DNA from: Acidobacteriota bacterium
GTDB taxonomy: Bacteria; Acidobacteriota; JAAYUB01
Length of the DNA: 64,000 nucleotides
Reading direction: 5' to 3'
NCBI GenBank assembly: GCA_016935015.1
Contig: JAFGRT010000145.1
Coordinates: 1,713-65,712, forward strand
Shown: piece by piece, positions 50,017 through 58,658 of the stretch
Position numbering within the stretch: position 1 is the stretch's first letter
Layout of the letters: each line of letters opens with the position of its first letter
Translations under genes and position numbers: made by a program
The notes under the pieces: generated by a model
Seen by the model: only the letters and a program-made list of their open reading frames with translations
Database searches by the model: none
Told to the model about the DNA's origin: nothing

Positions 50017-50997
50017 TCAGGGCGAATCTGCTCCGGCGCCGGGTCCGTTGCCTGCCGCGACATCCGGTCGTCGCCAGTGCCACAGGGGATCGCTGTACTC
50101 TTCAGGGAAGGGATTGTCGCGGGTGAAGTCGGGCAGCCACGCCGCTGCCGCGTCCGGCTCCTGGACAAAGCCCTCCTCGATCTCCAGCTCGGCCAGCCAG
50201 TCGACGACGGTGGCGTACTCCGACTCCGTCAGCCGTCGGACCGGCCCGCTCTCCGGACAGGGCGGGGCGTACTGCATCATCAGCGAGAGGAGGGCCGTCG
50301 CCTTCAGTTCCCGGGCAAAGAACTCCAGCACCCGCCGGGTGGCGGCCAGTTCGCCCGGCAGTACCAGATGGCGAACGATGAGGCCCCGCCGCAGAACCGT
50401 TCCACTCCAGACCGGCGGACCGACAGAGGCCATATTTGCCAGGGCCTTCATAACGACGGCCGGATAATCCGCCGCCTGGAAATGACGCCGGGCGAGATCA
50501 CTGTCCAGGGTTTTGAGGTCCGGCAGAAAGATATCCACGAAGGAATGCAGCATGGTCACAGCCTCCTCCGTCTCGTAACCGGACGAGTTCCAGACCACCG
50601 GCACCTGCAAGCCCCGCCGGCGGGCCACTCCGACGGCCCAGGCCAGCGCCGACAGAAAGGGCGTGCCCGTCACCAGGTTCACAGTGGCCGCCCCGGCCTG
50701 CTGCAGGCGGAGAAACAGGTCCACCAGTTCGTCCGGGGGGATCTCGCGGCCCATCCCCGCCCGGCTGATCTGCCAGTTCTGGCAGAAACCGCAGCGCAGG
50801 GTGCAGCCGGTGAAAAAGGCGGTGCCGGAACCCCGCTCACCGCACAAGGGCGGCTCCTCGCCCCGATGCAGCCCGGCCCAGGCCAGCCGGAGCGCGGCCG
50901 TCTCGCCGCAGAAACCGGTCTGGCCGGCGTTCCGGTTCACGCCGCACTGGCGGGGACACAGCCGGCAGCACTCGTATTCAGGGTACCATTGTTCCAT
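50017..50997 (-). CDS. Radical SAM protein, PflX-like
   Basis: CRLCPRQC, HRGEEPP, GCTLRCGFCQN, WNSSGYE, RHLVLPG. Confidence 0.9.
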   Translation of the reverse strand: MEQWYPEYECCRLCPRQCGVNRNAGQTGFCGETAALRLAWAGLHRGEEPPLCGERGSGTAFFTGCTLRCGFCQNWQISRAGMGREIPPDELVDLFLRLQQAGAATVNLVTGTPFLSALAWAVGVARRRGLQVPVVWNSSGYETEEAVTMLHSFVDIFLPDLKTLDSDLARRHFQAADYPAVVMKALANMASVGPPVWSGTVLRRGLIVRHLVLPGELAATRRVLEFFARELKATALLSLMMQYAPPCPESGPVRRLTESEYATVVDWLAELEIEEGFVQEPDAAAAWLPDFTRDNPFPEEYSDPLWHWRRPDVAAGNGPGAGADSP

Positions 50998-51154
50998 CGG
51001 GTCCACTCCCGGGGGCCGCTTCCCCATCCGGTCACTATAGCACGCCCCGCTTCGGACGGAAAGAGGATGCGATGGGATCGGCCACGGTGTCGCCGGGTGG
51101 AACCCGGCCGCCGGGAGAAGGTCGACGGGCAGGAGCAAACAAACGAAGGCGGGT

Positions 51155-51823
51155 TTAAAAAATCCAGTCGACGTAGGCGGTAACGGCATTGCCGACCACG
51201 AAGTTCTGAATCAGCACCAGGTCTCGGCTGTGGAGGTATCCGTCGCTGTCCATGTCGGCCAGCCACAGGGCGGGTGTGGTCTCGTTGCCGGCCAGGACAT
51301 GGGCGTACAGCAACACATCCTGGCCATCCAGCCAGTCATCGGCCACGAGATCGCCGTAAACTGTATCCGTTTCCAGCACCCTGGCCGTGCCGGTGGCGGT
51401 GACGCGCATGGGCGTGGTGGCCGTGAAATTTTCGATATCCACATGTAGGAAATAGTCGCCGTCCACCCAGGTGGTCATGTCGAGGGCGATGAAGATGCCG
51501 TCCACATCCGCCTCGATGTGCTCCTGGGTGATGACCCGGCCAGCGGGCGGTATGGGGCCCCACGTTTCGGAAAAACCGGTGTCATCCCCTTCGTTCACCA
51601 CGATCCAGATGATGGCCCACATCTCCACCACCGTATGCAGGTCGGTACGCAGATAGTAGCGGAGATAGCCGGGATCCAGCGGTTCCGGCGAGACCCAGTA
51701 GCCGTTCTGGCCGGACTGCACCTGAAACGACACGTCCCACTGCCGGGTGCTTTCCGCCGAAACAAACCCGGAGACCATCGTGGCGATGAAAAAAATGAGC
51801 AGCCCCGCACAGACAGCACGCAT
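51155..51823 (-). CDS. Secreted protein with C-terminal dockerin-like domain
   Basis: Signal peptide; paired Ca-loops GDLVADDWLDGQDV and ADMDSDGYLHSRDL; ATG 51823 after GGGGAG. Confidence 0.7.
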   Translation of the reverse strand: MRAVCAGLLIFFIATMVSGFVSAESTRQWDVSFQVQSGQNGYWVSPEPLDPGYLRYYLRTDLHTVVEMWAIIWIVVNEGDDTGFSETWGPIPPAGRVITQEHIEADVDGIFIALDMTTWVDGDYFLHVDIENFTATTPMRVTATGTARVLETDTVYGDLVADDWLDGQDVLLYAHVLAGNETTPALWLADMDSDGYLHSRDLVLIQNFVVGNAVTAYVDWIF

Positions 51824-51990
51824 GGAACACTCCCCGCTGGTATATAGAGTAGTATAGCCTCTGGCGGTCCGCCACACAACCGTCGATGGCCATGAGTGCC
51901 GAAAATCCCCTCCCGGCGACAAGGCGGATTTTTGCGGAACCGATCCCCACGGCCCTTGCTTTCGGAACCGGGACCCGCTACCATCGGCCC

Positions 51991-54963
51991 ATGAAACTCA
52001 ACACCGCTCGCTATCTGGTCTGCTTCGCCCTGGGACTGTTCTTTACTGCCTTGCCGACGCTGACTTCCGCCGCCGATAGTCCGCCCACCGATTGGGTGGA
52101 CCCCTTCATCGGCACCGGCGGCCACGGTCACACCCATCCGGCCGCCAGCCGCCCCTTCGGCATGGTCCAGGTGGGCCCCGACACCCGCCTCACCGGCTGG
52201 GACGGCTGCTCCGGCTATCACTATTCCGACGAGACCATCTACGGCTTCACCCACACCCACCTCAGTGGCACCGGGATCTCCGATTACGGGGATATCCTGC
52301 TGATGCCCCTGGCCGGTGCGCTCCGGCTCGAATGCGGCGAACCCGGCGCCCCGGACAGCGGCTACAGCTCCCGCTTCCGTCATGCCGCCGAAGCGGCCCG
52401 CCCCGGCTATTACCGCGTCCATCTCGATGACGAGAACATCCTGGTGGAGCTTACCGCCACCCGCCGCTGCGGGCTGCACCGTTACACCGGTGCCGCCGCG
52501 GCAGCGCCGGCCCATGTGGTGCTGGACCTGATCCATCGGGACCCCGTCACCGAGGCCTGGCTGCGGGTGGTGAACGACCACGAAGTGGCGGGCTACCGGC
52601 GCTCCAGCTCCTGGGCCCGGGATCAGCGCGTCTATTTCGTGGCCCGCTTTTCCCGGCCGTTTGTGTCGCATGGCCTGGTCCGGGACGGTGTCCGGCAAAC
52701 CGGCGCCACGCAGGCGGAGGGGAGCGCTCTCCAGGCGTGGTTTTCATTCGACGGGACCGCCGACGGACCGTTGCTGGTCAAGGTGGGGCTCTCGGCGGTG
52801 GACATGGCCGGCGCGCGAGCGAACCTGGACGCCGAAATCCCCGGCTGGGATTTCGACGCCGTCCGCCAGGCGGCCGAGAAGGATTGGACCGCCCAGCTGG
52901 GCAAGATCATTATCCGTGGCGGCTCGCCCGCCCAACGGACCATCTTCACCACCGCCCTCTACCATGCCTGCCTGAATCCCAACCTGTTCACCGACGTCGA
53001 CGGCCGGTACCGCGGCCGCGACATGGCCATCCACCACGCGGCGGATTTCGAGTATTACACCCTTTTCTCATTGTGGGATACGTTCCGGGCGGCCCATCCC
53101 CTGCTGACCATCCTCGATCCGCAACGGACAAACTACTTCATCCGCACGTTTCTGGCCCAGGTCCGCCAGGGGGGCGCCCTGCCCGTCTGGGAGCTCTGGG
53201 CCAACGAGACCCACACCATGATCGGCTATCACGCCGTGCCCGTCATCGTCGACGCGTGGGTCAAGGGCGTCCGCGATTTCGACACCGACGAGGCCTTCCG
53301 GGCCATGACCCACAGCGCCGGGCTGGATCACTTCGGGCTCCGTGCCTACCGCGAGCTGGGGTATATCCCGGTCAGCGAGGATGCCGAGTCGGTGTCCAAA
53401 ACCCTGGAGTACGCCTACGACGACTGGTGCATCGCCGAGATGGCCCGGCGGACGGGCCGTACGGCCGAATACCGCCATTACCTGCAGCGGGCCCAGTCGT
53501 ACAAGAACGTGTTCGATCCCGGCACCGGCTTCATGCGCGGCCGTGTCAACGGCGGCTGGTTCAGTCCCTTCGACCCCCGCGAGGTGAATTTCAACTACAC
53601 CGAGGCCAACGCCTGGCAGTATTCCTTTTTCGTGCCCCAGGACATCACCGGCCTCATCGCCCTGCTGGGCGGTGACGAAGCCTTCACCGCCAGGCTGGAC
53701 GAGCTGTTTTCGGCACCGTCCGACACCACCGGCCGGGAGCAGGCGGACATCACCGGCCTCATCGGCCAGTACGCCCACGGCAACGAGCCAAGCCATCACA
53801 TGGCCTACCTGTACACCTACGCCGGCCGCCCCTGGCGGACCCAGGCCCTGGTCCGGCGCATCATGGACGAACTTTACACCGCCGCGCCCGACGGCCTCTG
53901 CGGCAACGAGGACGCCGGCCAGATGTCGGCCTGGTATGTCTTCAGCGCCCTGGGCTTCTACCCCGTCACCCCGGGCAGCGACCTGTACGCCCTCGGCACG
54001 CCCCTCTTTCCCGAAGCCGTGATCCGCCTGCCGGACGGTAACACCTTCATCATCCGCGCCCCGGACGTGTCGGCCGAGAACATCTTCATTCAATCGGCGA
54101 CCCTCAACGGCCGGCCCTGGTCCAAATCCTATCTGCATCACAAGGATATCGTCGCTGGCGGCGAGATGACCTTCACGCTGGGGCCGGAACCGAACCGGAC
54201 CTGGGCGACCGCCCCGGCCGATCGGCCGCCATCGACCATCGACGAACACCGGATCCAGCCGGCGCCCTTTGTCGCCACGGGGGACCGCACCTTCACCGCG
54301 TCCACCACCGTGGTGCTGGATGTACTGGGTGACGCGGAAATCCGCTACACCCTCGACGGGACGAATCCCGGTGACGAATCGACCCGTTACGAAGAGCCCA
54401 TCGTTCTCCATGAGACCGCGGAGCTCCGGGCCCGGGCCATGCCGCCGGGCCGCCCACCCAGCAGCGTCACCGTCGCCCGCTTCAGCCGGGTCTCCGGCCG
54501 CCGCCGCATTGAACTGCAGACCGAATTCGCGCCCCAGTATTCGGCCGGCGGCCCCACCGCCCTCATCGACACCATCCGCGGCGGGCCCAACTTCCGAACA
54601 GGGGGCTGGCAGGGCTTCGAAGGTGTGGACCTGGTGGCGGTGGTGGATCTCGGGGAAGCGCGGCCGGTCCGGCGGGTGGCCGTGGGCTTTCTGCAGGACA
54701 GCGGCTCGTGGATCTTCATGCCCGAGTATCTGGCGGTGGAAACATCCATCGACGGTGAGTATTTCCGTCCCGCAGGCCGGTTCGTCAACAACGTTCCGCG
54801 GCGGGAGGAACGTGTGGTGGTGAAGGATTTCGAGGTGACGGTCGACGCCGCGGCAGTGCGCTTCGTGCGGATCCGTGCCAAAACTCTGGGCACCTGTCCG
54901 GACTGGCATCGGGGCGCCGGCGGCAAGGCCTGGATCTTCGCCGACGAGATTGTCATCGAGTGA
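51991..54963 (+). CDS. GH92 alpha-mannosidase with Fn3-associated and discoidin-like C-terminal domains
   Basis: VDPFIGT, FSLWDTFRA, MIGYHA, SKTLEYAYDD, TEANAWQY, HGNEPSHH, GNEDAGQMSAW, IRYTLDGTNP. Confidence 0.95.
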   Translation: MKLNTARYLVCFALGLFFTALPTLTSAADSPPTDWVDPFIGTGGHGHTHPAASRPFGMVQVGPDTRLTGWDGCSGYHYSDETIYGFTHTHLSGTGISDYGDILLMPLAGALRLECGEPGAPDSGYSSRFRHAAEAARPGYYRVHLDDENILVELTATRRCGLHRYTGAAAAAPAHVVLDLIHRDPVTEAWLRVVNDHEVAGYRRSSSWARDQRVYFVARFSRPFVSHGLVRDGVRQTGATQAEGSALQAWFSFDGTADGPLLVKVGLSAVDMAGARANLDAEIPGWDFDAVRQAAEKDWTAQLGKIIIRGGSPAQRTIFTTALYHACLNPNLFTDVDGRYRGRDMAIHHAADFEYYTLFSLWDTFRAAHPLLTILDPQRTNYFIRTFLAQVRQGGALPVWELWANETHTMIGYHAVPVIVDAWVKGVRDFDTDEAFRAMTHSAGLDHFGLRAYRELGYIPVSEDAESVSKTLEYAYDDWCIAEMARRTGRTAEYRHYLQRAQSYKNVFDPGTGFMRGRVNGGWFSPFDPREVNFNYTEANAWQYSFFVPQDITGLIALLGGDEAFTARLDELFSAPSDTTGREQADITGLIGQYAHGNEPSHHMAYLYTYAGRPWRTQALVRRIMDELYTAAPDGLCGNEDAGQMSAWYVFSALGFYPVTPGSDLYALGTPLFPEAVIRLPDGNTFIIRAPDVSAENIFIQSATLNGRPWSKSYLHHKDIVAGGEMTFTLGPEPNRTWATAPADRPPSTIDEHRIQPAPFVATGDRTFTASTTVVLDVLGDAEIRYTLDGTNPGDESTRYEEPIVLHETAELRARAMPPGRPPSSVTVARFSRVSGRRRIELQTEFAPQYSAGGPTALIDTIRGGPNFRTGGWQGFEGVDLVAVVDLGEARPVRRVAVGFLQDSGSWIFMPEYLAVETSIDGEYFRPAGRFVNNVPRREERVVVKDFEVTVDAAAVRFVRIRAKTLGTCPDWHRGAGGKAWIFADEIVIE

Positions 54964-54983
54964 CGGGATTATCCCTCGGCAAG

Positions 54984-55337
54984 TTACATCCATCGGGCCA
55001 GGAGAGCCAGCCCCAGCCAAACCCCGGAAACGACGACCGCCCACCAGGCGAAGCGTCGCCAGCGGGGCGACAACCGGAATCGCTGCAAGAAAAGGCCGAC
55101 GGCCATCACATGAAACGGCACGGGTAACCGGACGCCCAGTTCCCGCATGACAATCGACCCGGACAGATCCGATAGATGGGCCGCATGGCCCGGACCGTGG
55201 AGCGCCGACCCGGCGAGGATCCCCCACAGCGCCCGCACCAGCAGCCCGGCGCCCACCAGCACGATGAACAGACACAGCCAGGTGTAGACAGCGGTCCGGC
55301 GAAAAGCGGCCAGAAGATGGGTGACTCTTTTCAGCAT
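54984..55337 (-). CDS. Small hypothetical membrane protein
   Basis: Three hydrophobic segments; fills the gap between convergent genes. Confidence 0.55.
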   Translation of the reverse strand: MLKRVTHLLAAFRRTAVYTWLCLFIVLVGAGLLVRALWGILAGSALHGPGHAAHLSDLSGSIVMRELGVRLPVPFHVMAVGLFLQRFRLSPRWRRFAWWAVVVSGVWLGLALLARWM

Positions 55338-55448
55338 CCCGCCGTTAGATCCGTCCTTTGCCGGAAAATAATCAAATTGCCTTTCCGGATACCTCCGTCA
55401 TCGCCGGGTGTCCGGCGGAACCGGTCGGACGCCGGCCGGCGGGCCGGT

Positions 55449-57779
55449 TTACAGCCGAAAGAGGTAGGAAAGCTTGATGAAAAACTGGCGCGAGTCATTG
55501 AGGAACCGGTCGGGCGTCCGGATTACCATCGGAAAGCCGTCTTCACCGGGCACCACATCCAGGTTGCGGGCATTGCTGTTGAAACCCACGTAGAGGGCCG
55601 TACCGGGGTGCGGCATATAGGTGAAAAGAAAATCGGCGTTGAAACTTTTGGACGTGTCCAGGGACGTAAAATCTGGATTGCTCAGGGTGGTGGAATACTG
55701 CAGAATGACCCGCAGGGAGATGTCGTGGGTGAATTGCCAGTTCCAGCGGGAGCGGAAGATGTGGTTGTTGAAGATGTTCGCATCCCAAGCCCGCTCCTTC
55801 AGGCGGGAAAAGATGTAGGTGTTGTCGATCCGCAGCGGGGTGACGGGCAGCAGCGTTACGTTGAGCTGCCCCTGGGACTGGTCGGCCGTGTAGGGGGCCG
55901 CCCCCTCCACCGGCACGAAATTGGTGGCTTCCCCCCAGCGGTAGTAACCGTTGAAGGTGAACTTCTGGAAAAATTCCGACCGGAAGGAAACCCGGGTGGA
56001 GGTGCCCGGATAATCCCGCGTCGTGACCAGCGTCTCGAAATCCTGCGGCCGCAGCCGCTCCCGCCCGAACCGCTGCTGCACGCTGATCCATGTCTGGCCG
56101 ATGAAATTGAATCGCAGGGAGGGCGCCACGGTGTAATCCAGCCGGATGCCCTGATGATCCCAGGTGTAGTCGGTCCAGATTTCCGGCCCCCAGGAGATGA
56201 GGAATTCCCCCTCGGGCCGAAACTCGTAATCCACATTCTGCTCGAGGCGGCGGATATCGTTACGGTAGATGAAACCCGGTTGGCTGTAAAAGCCGGGGCT
56301 GATATCGGTGTATTCGAAATGATAGTCGAACTGCCGTCCCTCCCGGTTCAACCGCCAGTAGTACGCCGGACCCCGGCTGTGCGTGCCGTCGGTGTCCCGC
56401 GTGGCACCGTAAGCCATCTGGAAAGAGGTGATCCAGTTCTGGGAAAGTTTGACCCGGCCGTCCACACCGCCGACACGGTTGTAACTGCCGGCGAATTCAC
56501 GATGGGTGTAAATGGCGCCGATCGTGGACTGTTCGCTGATGTCGCGGCTGAAACGGAAGATGCCGTACCAGGCTGTCTTGCCGTAACCGGTTTCCTCCGC
56601 CCCCAGCGTCTGACCGAGGGACTGGTCGTCGGCGACCATCATCCCGATGGAATAGGGTCCATGTTTGCCCGTCAGGCGAACGCCCACCCGCGGATCGGCG
56701 ATACGGCGGGTGAACACCAGGTTGAGTGGCGTCTCAAAATAGCCCTTGTTTTCCAGAAAAAAGGGCCGTTTCTCAGGAAAAAACACTTCGAAGCGACGGT
56801 TCACCGTCACCTGTGGCGCGTCTGATTCTATCTGGGAAAAATCGGGGTTGGCCGCCACGTCCAGCACCAAGCTGTCGTTGAAGACCAACTTGGCGTCCAG
56901 CCCGACGTCGGCGTCGGCCCAGTCGCTCTGCCATTCGGCCCGGCCGTCGTCGTCCTCGGTCAGCAACCGGTAGGAGCGAAACACCCCGTAGGGGATGAAT
57001 TGGATGTTACGGCCGGGGGAGATGTTTTCCAGCCCGATGAGCGACGCCGCCTGATTGAGGCGCCCCTCGATCCGGCTGGAGACGTATGGCCAGAAGAGGT
57101 TTTCATTGGAGCGGGGAATGGCCCGATTGAAGATGATGCCCCACTGCTGCTGATCGCGGAACGGGAATCGTAGACTTTTGAAAGGGATCGAGACCCAGAC
57201 GACATATCCCTGGTCCGTCACACGGCCGCGGGAGAACCAGACCGTGTCGAATGAGGAATCGAAGCGGCGGCCTTCGGTCCACAGGGCGTCCATCTGAACA
57301 CCCAGCGGATTGATCATGAACACATAAGCCCGGCGCTGATCGTTGAACGTATCAAGCATAATCTCGACCAGGTCGTCCTGGAAGAGCTGCTCGCGTCGCG
57401 CCAGGCGCGCCCGGACCCTCTCCGGCTCGGAATCGAAGGCCAGGAAGACGAAGTAGAGGTTCAGGTCGTCATAGCCCAGATAGACTTCAGTCCGCTGGCT
57501 GGCGGGCTCGCCATCGCTGGGCGACTGCTGGACAAACCGGGTCACGCAGGCCATCCGGCGGGCCACGGCGGAGGCCGGCTTCATGTCCAGGAAATCCTCC
57601 AGCGCCGGCGGTTCCGGCAGACGGGGGATGACCACCACCGGTTCCGGTTCTCCCGGCCGTGTCAGGGAAAATCCAATGGCGGAAAGCAAATGAATGAGTG
57701 CGACTGCGATCAGGATGCCCGACGAAAGTCCCCGACAGCCCCTCCATGCCGCGGGGCAGACTTTCGGCTTCATTGTCAT
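55449..57779 (-). CDS. CBM9-like + DUF5916 outer-membrane protein (second paralogue)
   Basis: IPFKSLRF, NPDFSQIESD, FFPEKRPFFLE, FTRRI, C-terminal KLSYLFRL; ATG 57779 after GAGGA. Confidence 0.85.
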   Translation of the reverse strand: MTMKPKVCPAAWRGCRGLSSGILIAVALIHLLSAIGFSLTRPGEPEPVVVIPRLPEPPALEDFLDMKPASAVARRMACVTRFVQQSPSDGEPASQRTEVYLGYDDLNLYFVFLAFDSEPERVRARLARREQLFQDDLVEIMLDTFNDQRRAYVFMINPLGVQMDALWTEGRRFDSSFDTVWFSRGRVTDQGYVVWVSIPFKSLRFPFRDQQQWGIIFNRAIPRSNENLFWPYVSSRIEGRLNQAASLIGLENISPGRNIQFIPYGVFRSYRLLTEDDDGRAEWQSDWADADVGLDAKLVFNDSLVLDVAANPDFSQIESDAPQVTVNRRFEVFFPEKRPFFLENKGYFETPLNLVFTRRIADPRVGVRLTGKHGPYSIGMMVADDQSLGQTLGAEETGYGKTAWYGIFRFSRDISEQSTIGAIYTHREFAGSYNRVGGVDGRVKLSQNWITSFQMAYGATRDTDGTHSRGPAYYWRLNREGRQFDYHFEYTDISPGFYSQPGFIYRNDIRRLEQNVDYEFRPEGEFLISWGPEIWTDYTWDHQGIRLDYTVAPSLRFNFIGQTWISVQQRFGRERLRPQDFETLVTTRDYPGTSTRVSFRSEFFQKFTFNGYYRWGEATNFVPVEGAAPYTADQSQGQLNVTLLPVTPLRIDNTYIFSRLKERAWDANIFNNHIFRSRWNWQFTHDISLRVILQYSTTLSNPDFTSLDTSKSFNADFLFTYMPHPGTALYVGFNSNARNLDVVPGEDGFPMVIRTPDRFLNDSRQFFIKLSYLFRL

Positions 57780-57951
57780 AACATTCCTCGCTCCATCGTG
57801 CCTGTAAGAAGTGGTATACGATCTCACCTGCAAATTGTTTTTCCGTCTCAACAATTTGATAAAAATTCTTTACAAGTAATTCATAGCGGGAGAGAAACAA
57901 AGAAATTCAAAAATGTGTCTTACAACACAATAGGATGCATTTGAATGGTCT

Positions 57952-58350
57952 TCAGTTGCGAAGAATCCTGAGAAAAAGGGCCCTGGCCTCGGCGAGCCGC
58001 CGGCCGTCCGCATCGGCGATGACGGCCGTGGTGGTGATCCGGCGGCCGGACACGTCCTCTACCCGGCCGCAGATGCGCAGTTCCACGCCCGTCCGGGCCG
58101 GGTGCCGGAACACAACTTCCATGCGTGCTGTGGCCGCACTGCCCATGCCGCGGCGCAGCAGGGCATGGGCCATGATCTCGTCCATCAGGGTGGCCAGGAT
58201 CCCGCCGTGGACTACGCCCTGGTAGCCCTGGAACTCGGCCGGCGGGGTATACAGAGTGTATACTTCCCCGTCTTCGCCGGAACGGATATCCAGTTTCATG
58301 CCCCGGGGATTGTCCCGGCCGCAACAGAAACAGTAATTGTCCACTTCCAT
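57952..58350 (-). CDS. PaaI-family hotdog thioesterase
   Basis: CFCCGRDNPRG, HGGILATLMDE. Confidence 0.9.
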   Translation of the reverse strand: MEVDNYCFCCGRDNPRGMKLDIRSGEDGEVYTLYTPPAEFQGYQGVVHGGILATLMDEIMAHALLRRGMGSAATARMEVVFRHPARTGVELRICGRVEDVSGRRITTTAVIADADGRRLAEARALFLRILRN

Positions 58351-58405
58351 GACAGGCCTCCCGATGGTGCTAAAGATTCATGCTAGCCAAAAAGGGCCCG
58401 CCGAA

Positions 58406-58633
58406 TCAAGCCATTCCTGTATGGTCGGGCGATCCGGTGTCGTCATCGACCGTCCCCGTGTGCCGGGTGACGTCACTGACGCCTTGACCCGAGCCGGTCA
58501 CCGTCAGCCAGACCGCCACCACCCGCTGCGCCCAGCCGTGCCGGGCCGCTTCACGGACCAGGGCGGCCACGGTAATGCCGCTGCCGGTGAAACCGGGCCG
58601 CTGGGACAACACGTGGATAACCCGTCGGTTCAT
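58406..58633 (-). pseudogene. Truncated GT4 glycosyltransferase N-terminal fragment
   Basis: VIHVLSQRPGFTGSGITVAALVREAARHGWAQRVV matches the start of GT-B/GT4 enzymes; stops after 75 aa with no continuation. Confidence 0.55.
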
Positions 58634-58658
58634 GCTTCGGTCGTATCGGCGTCAGACG

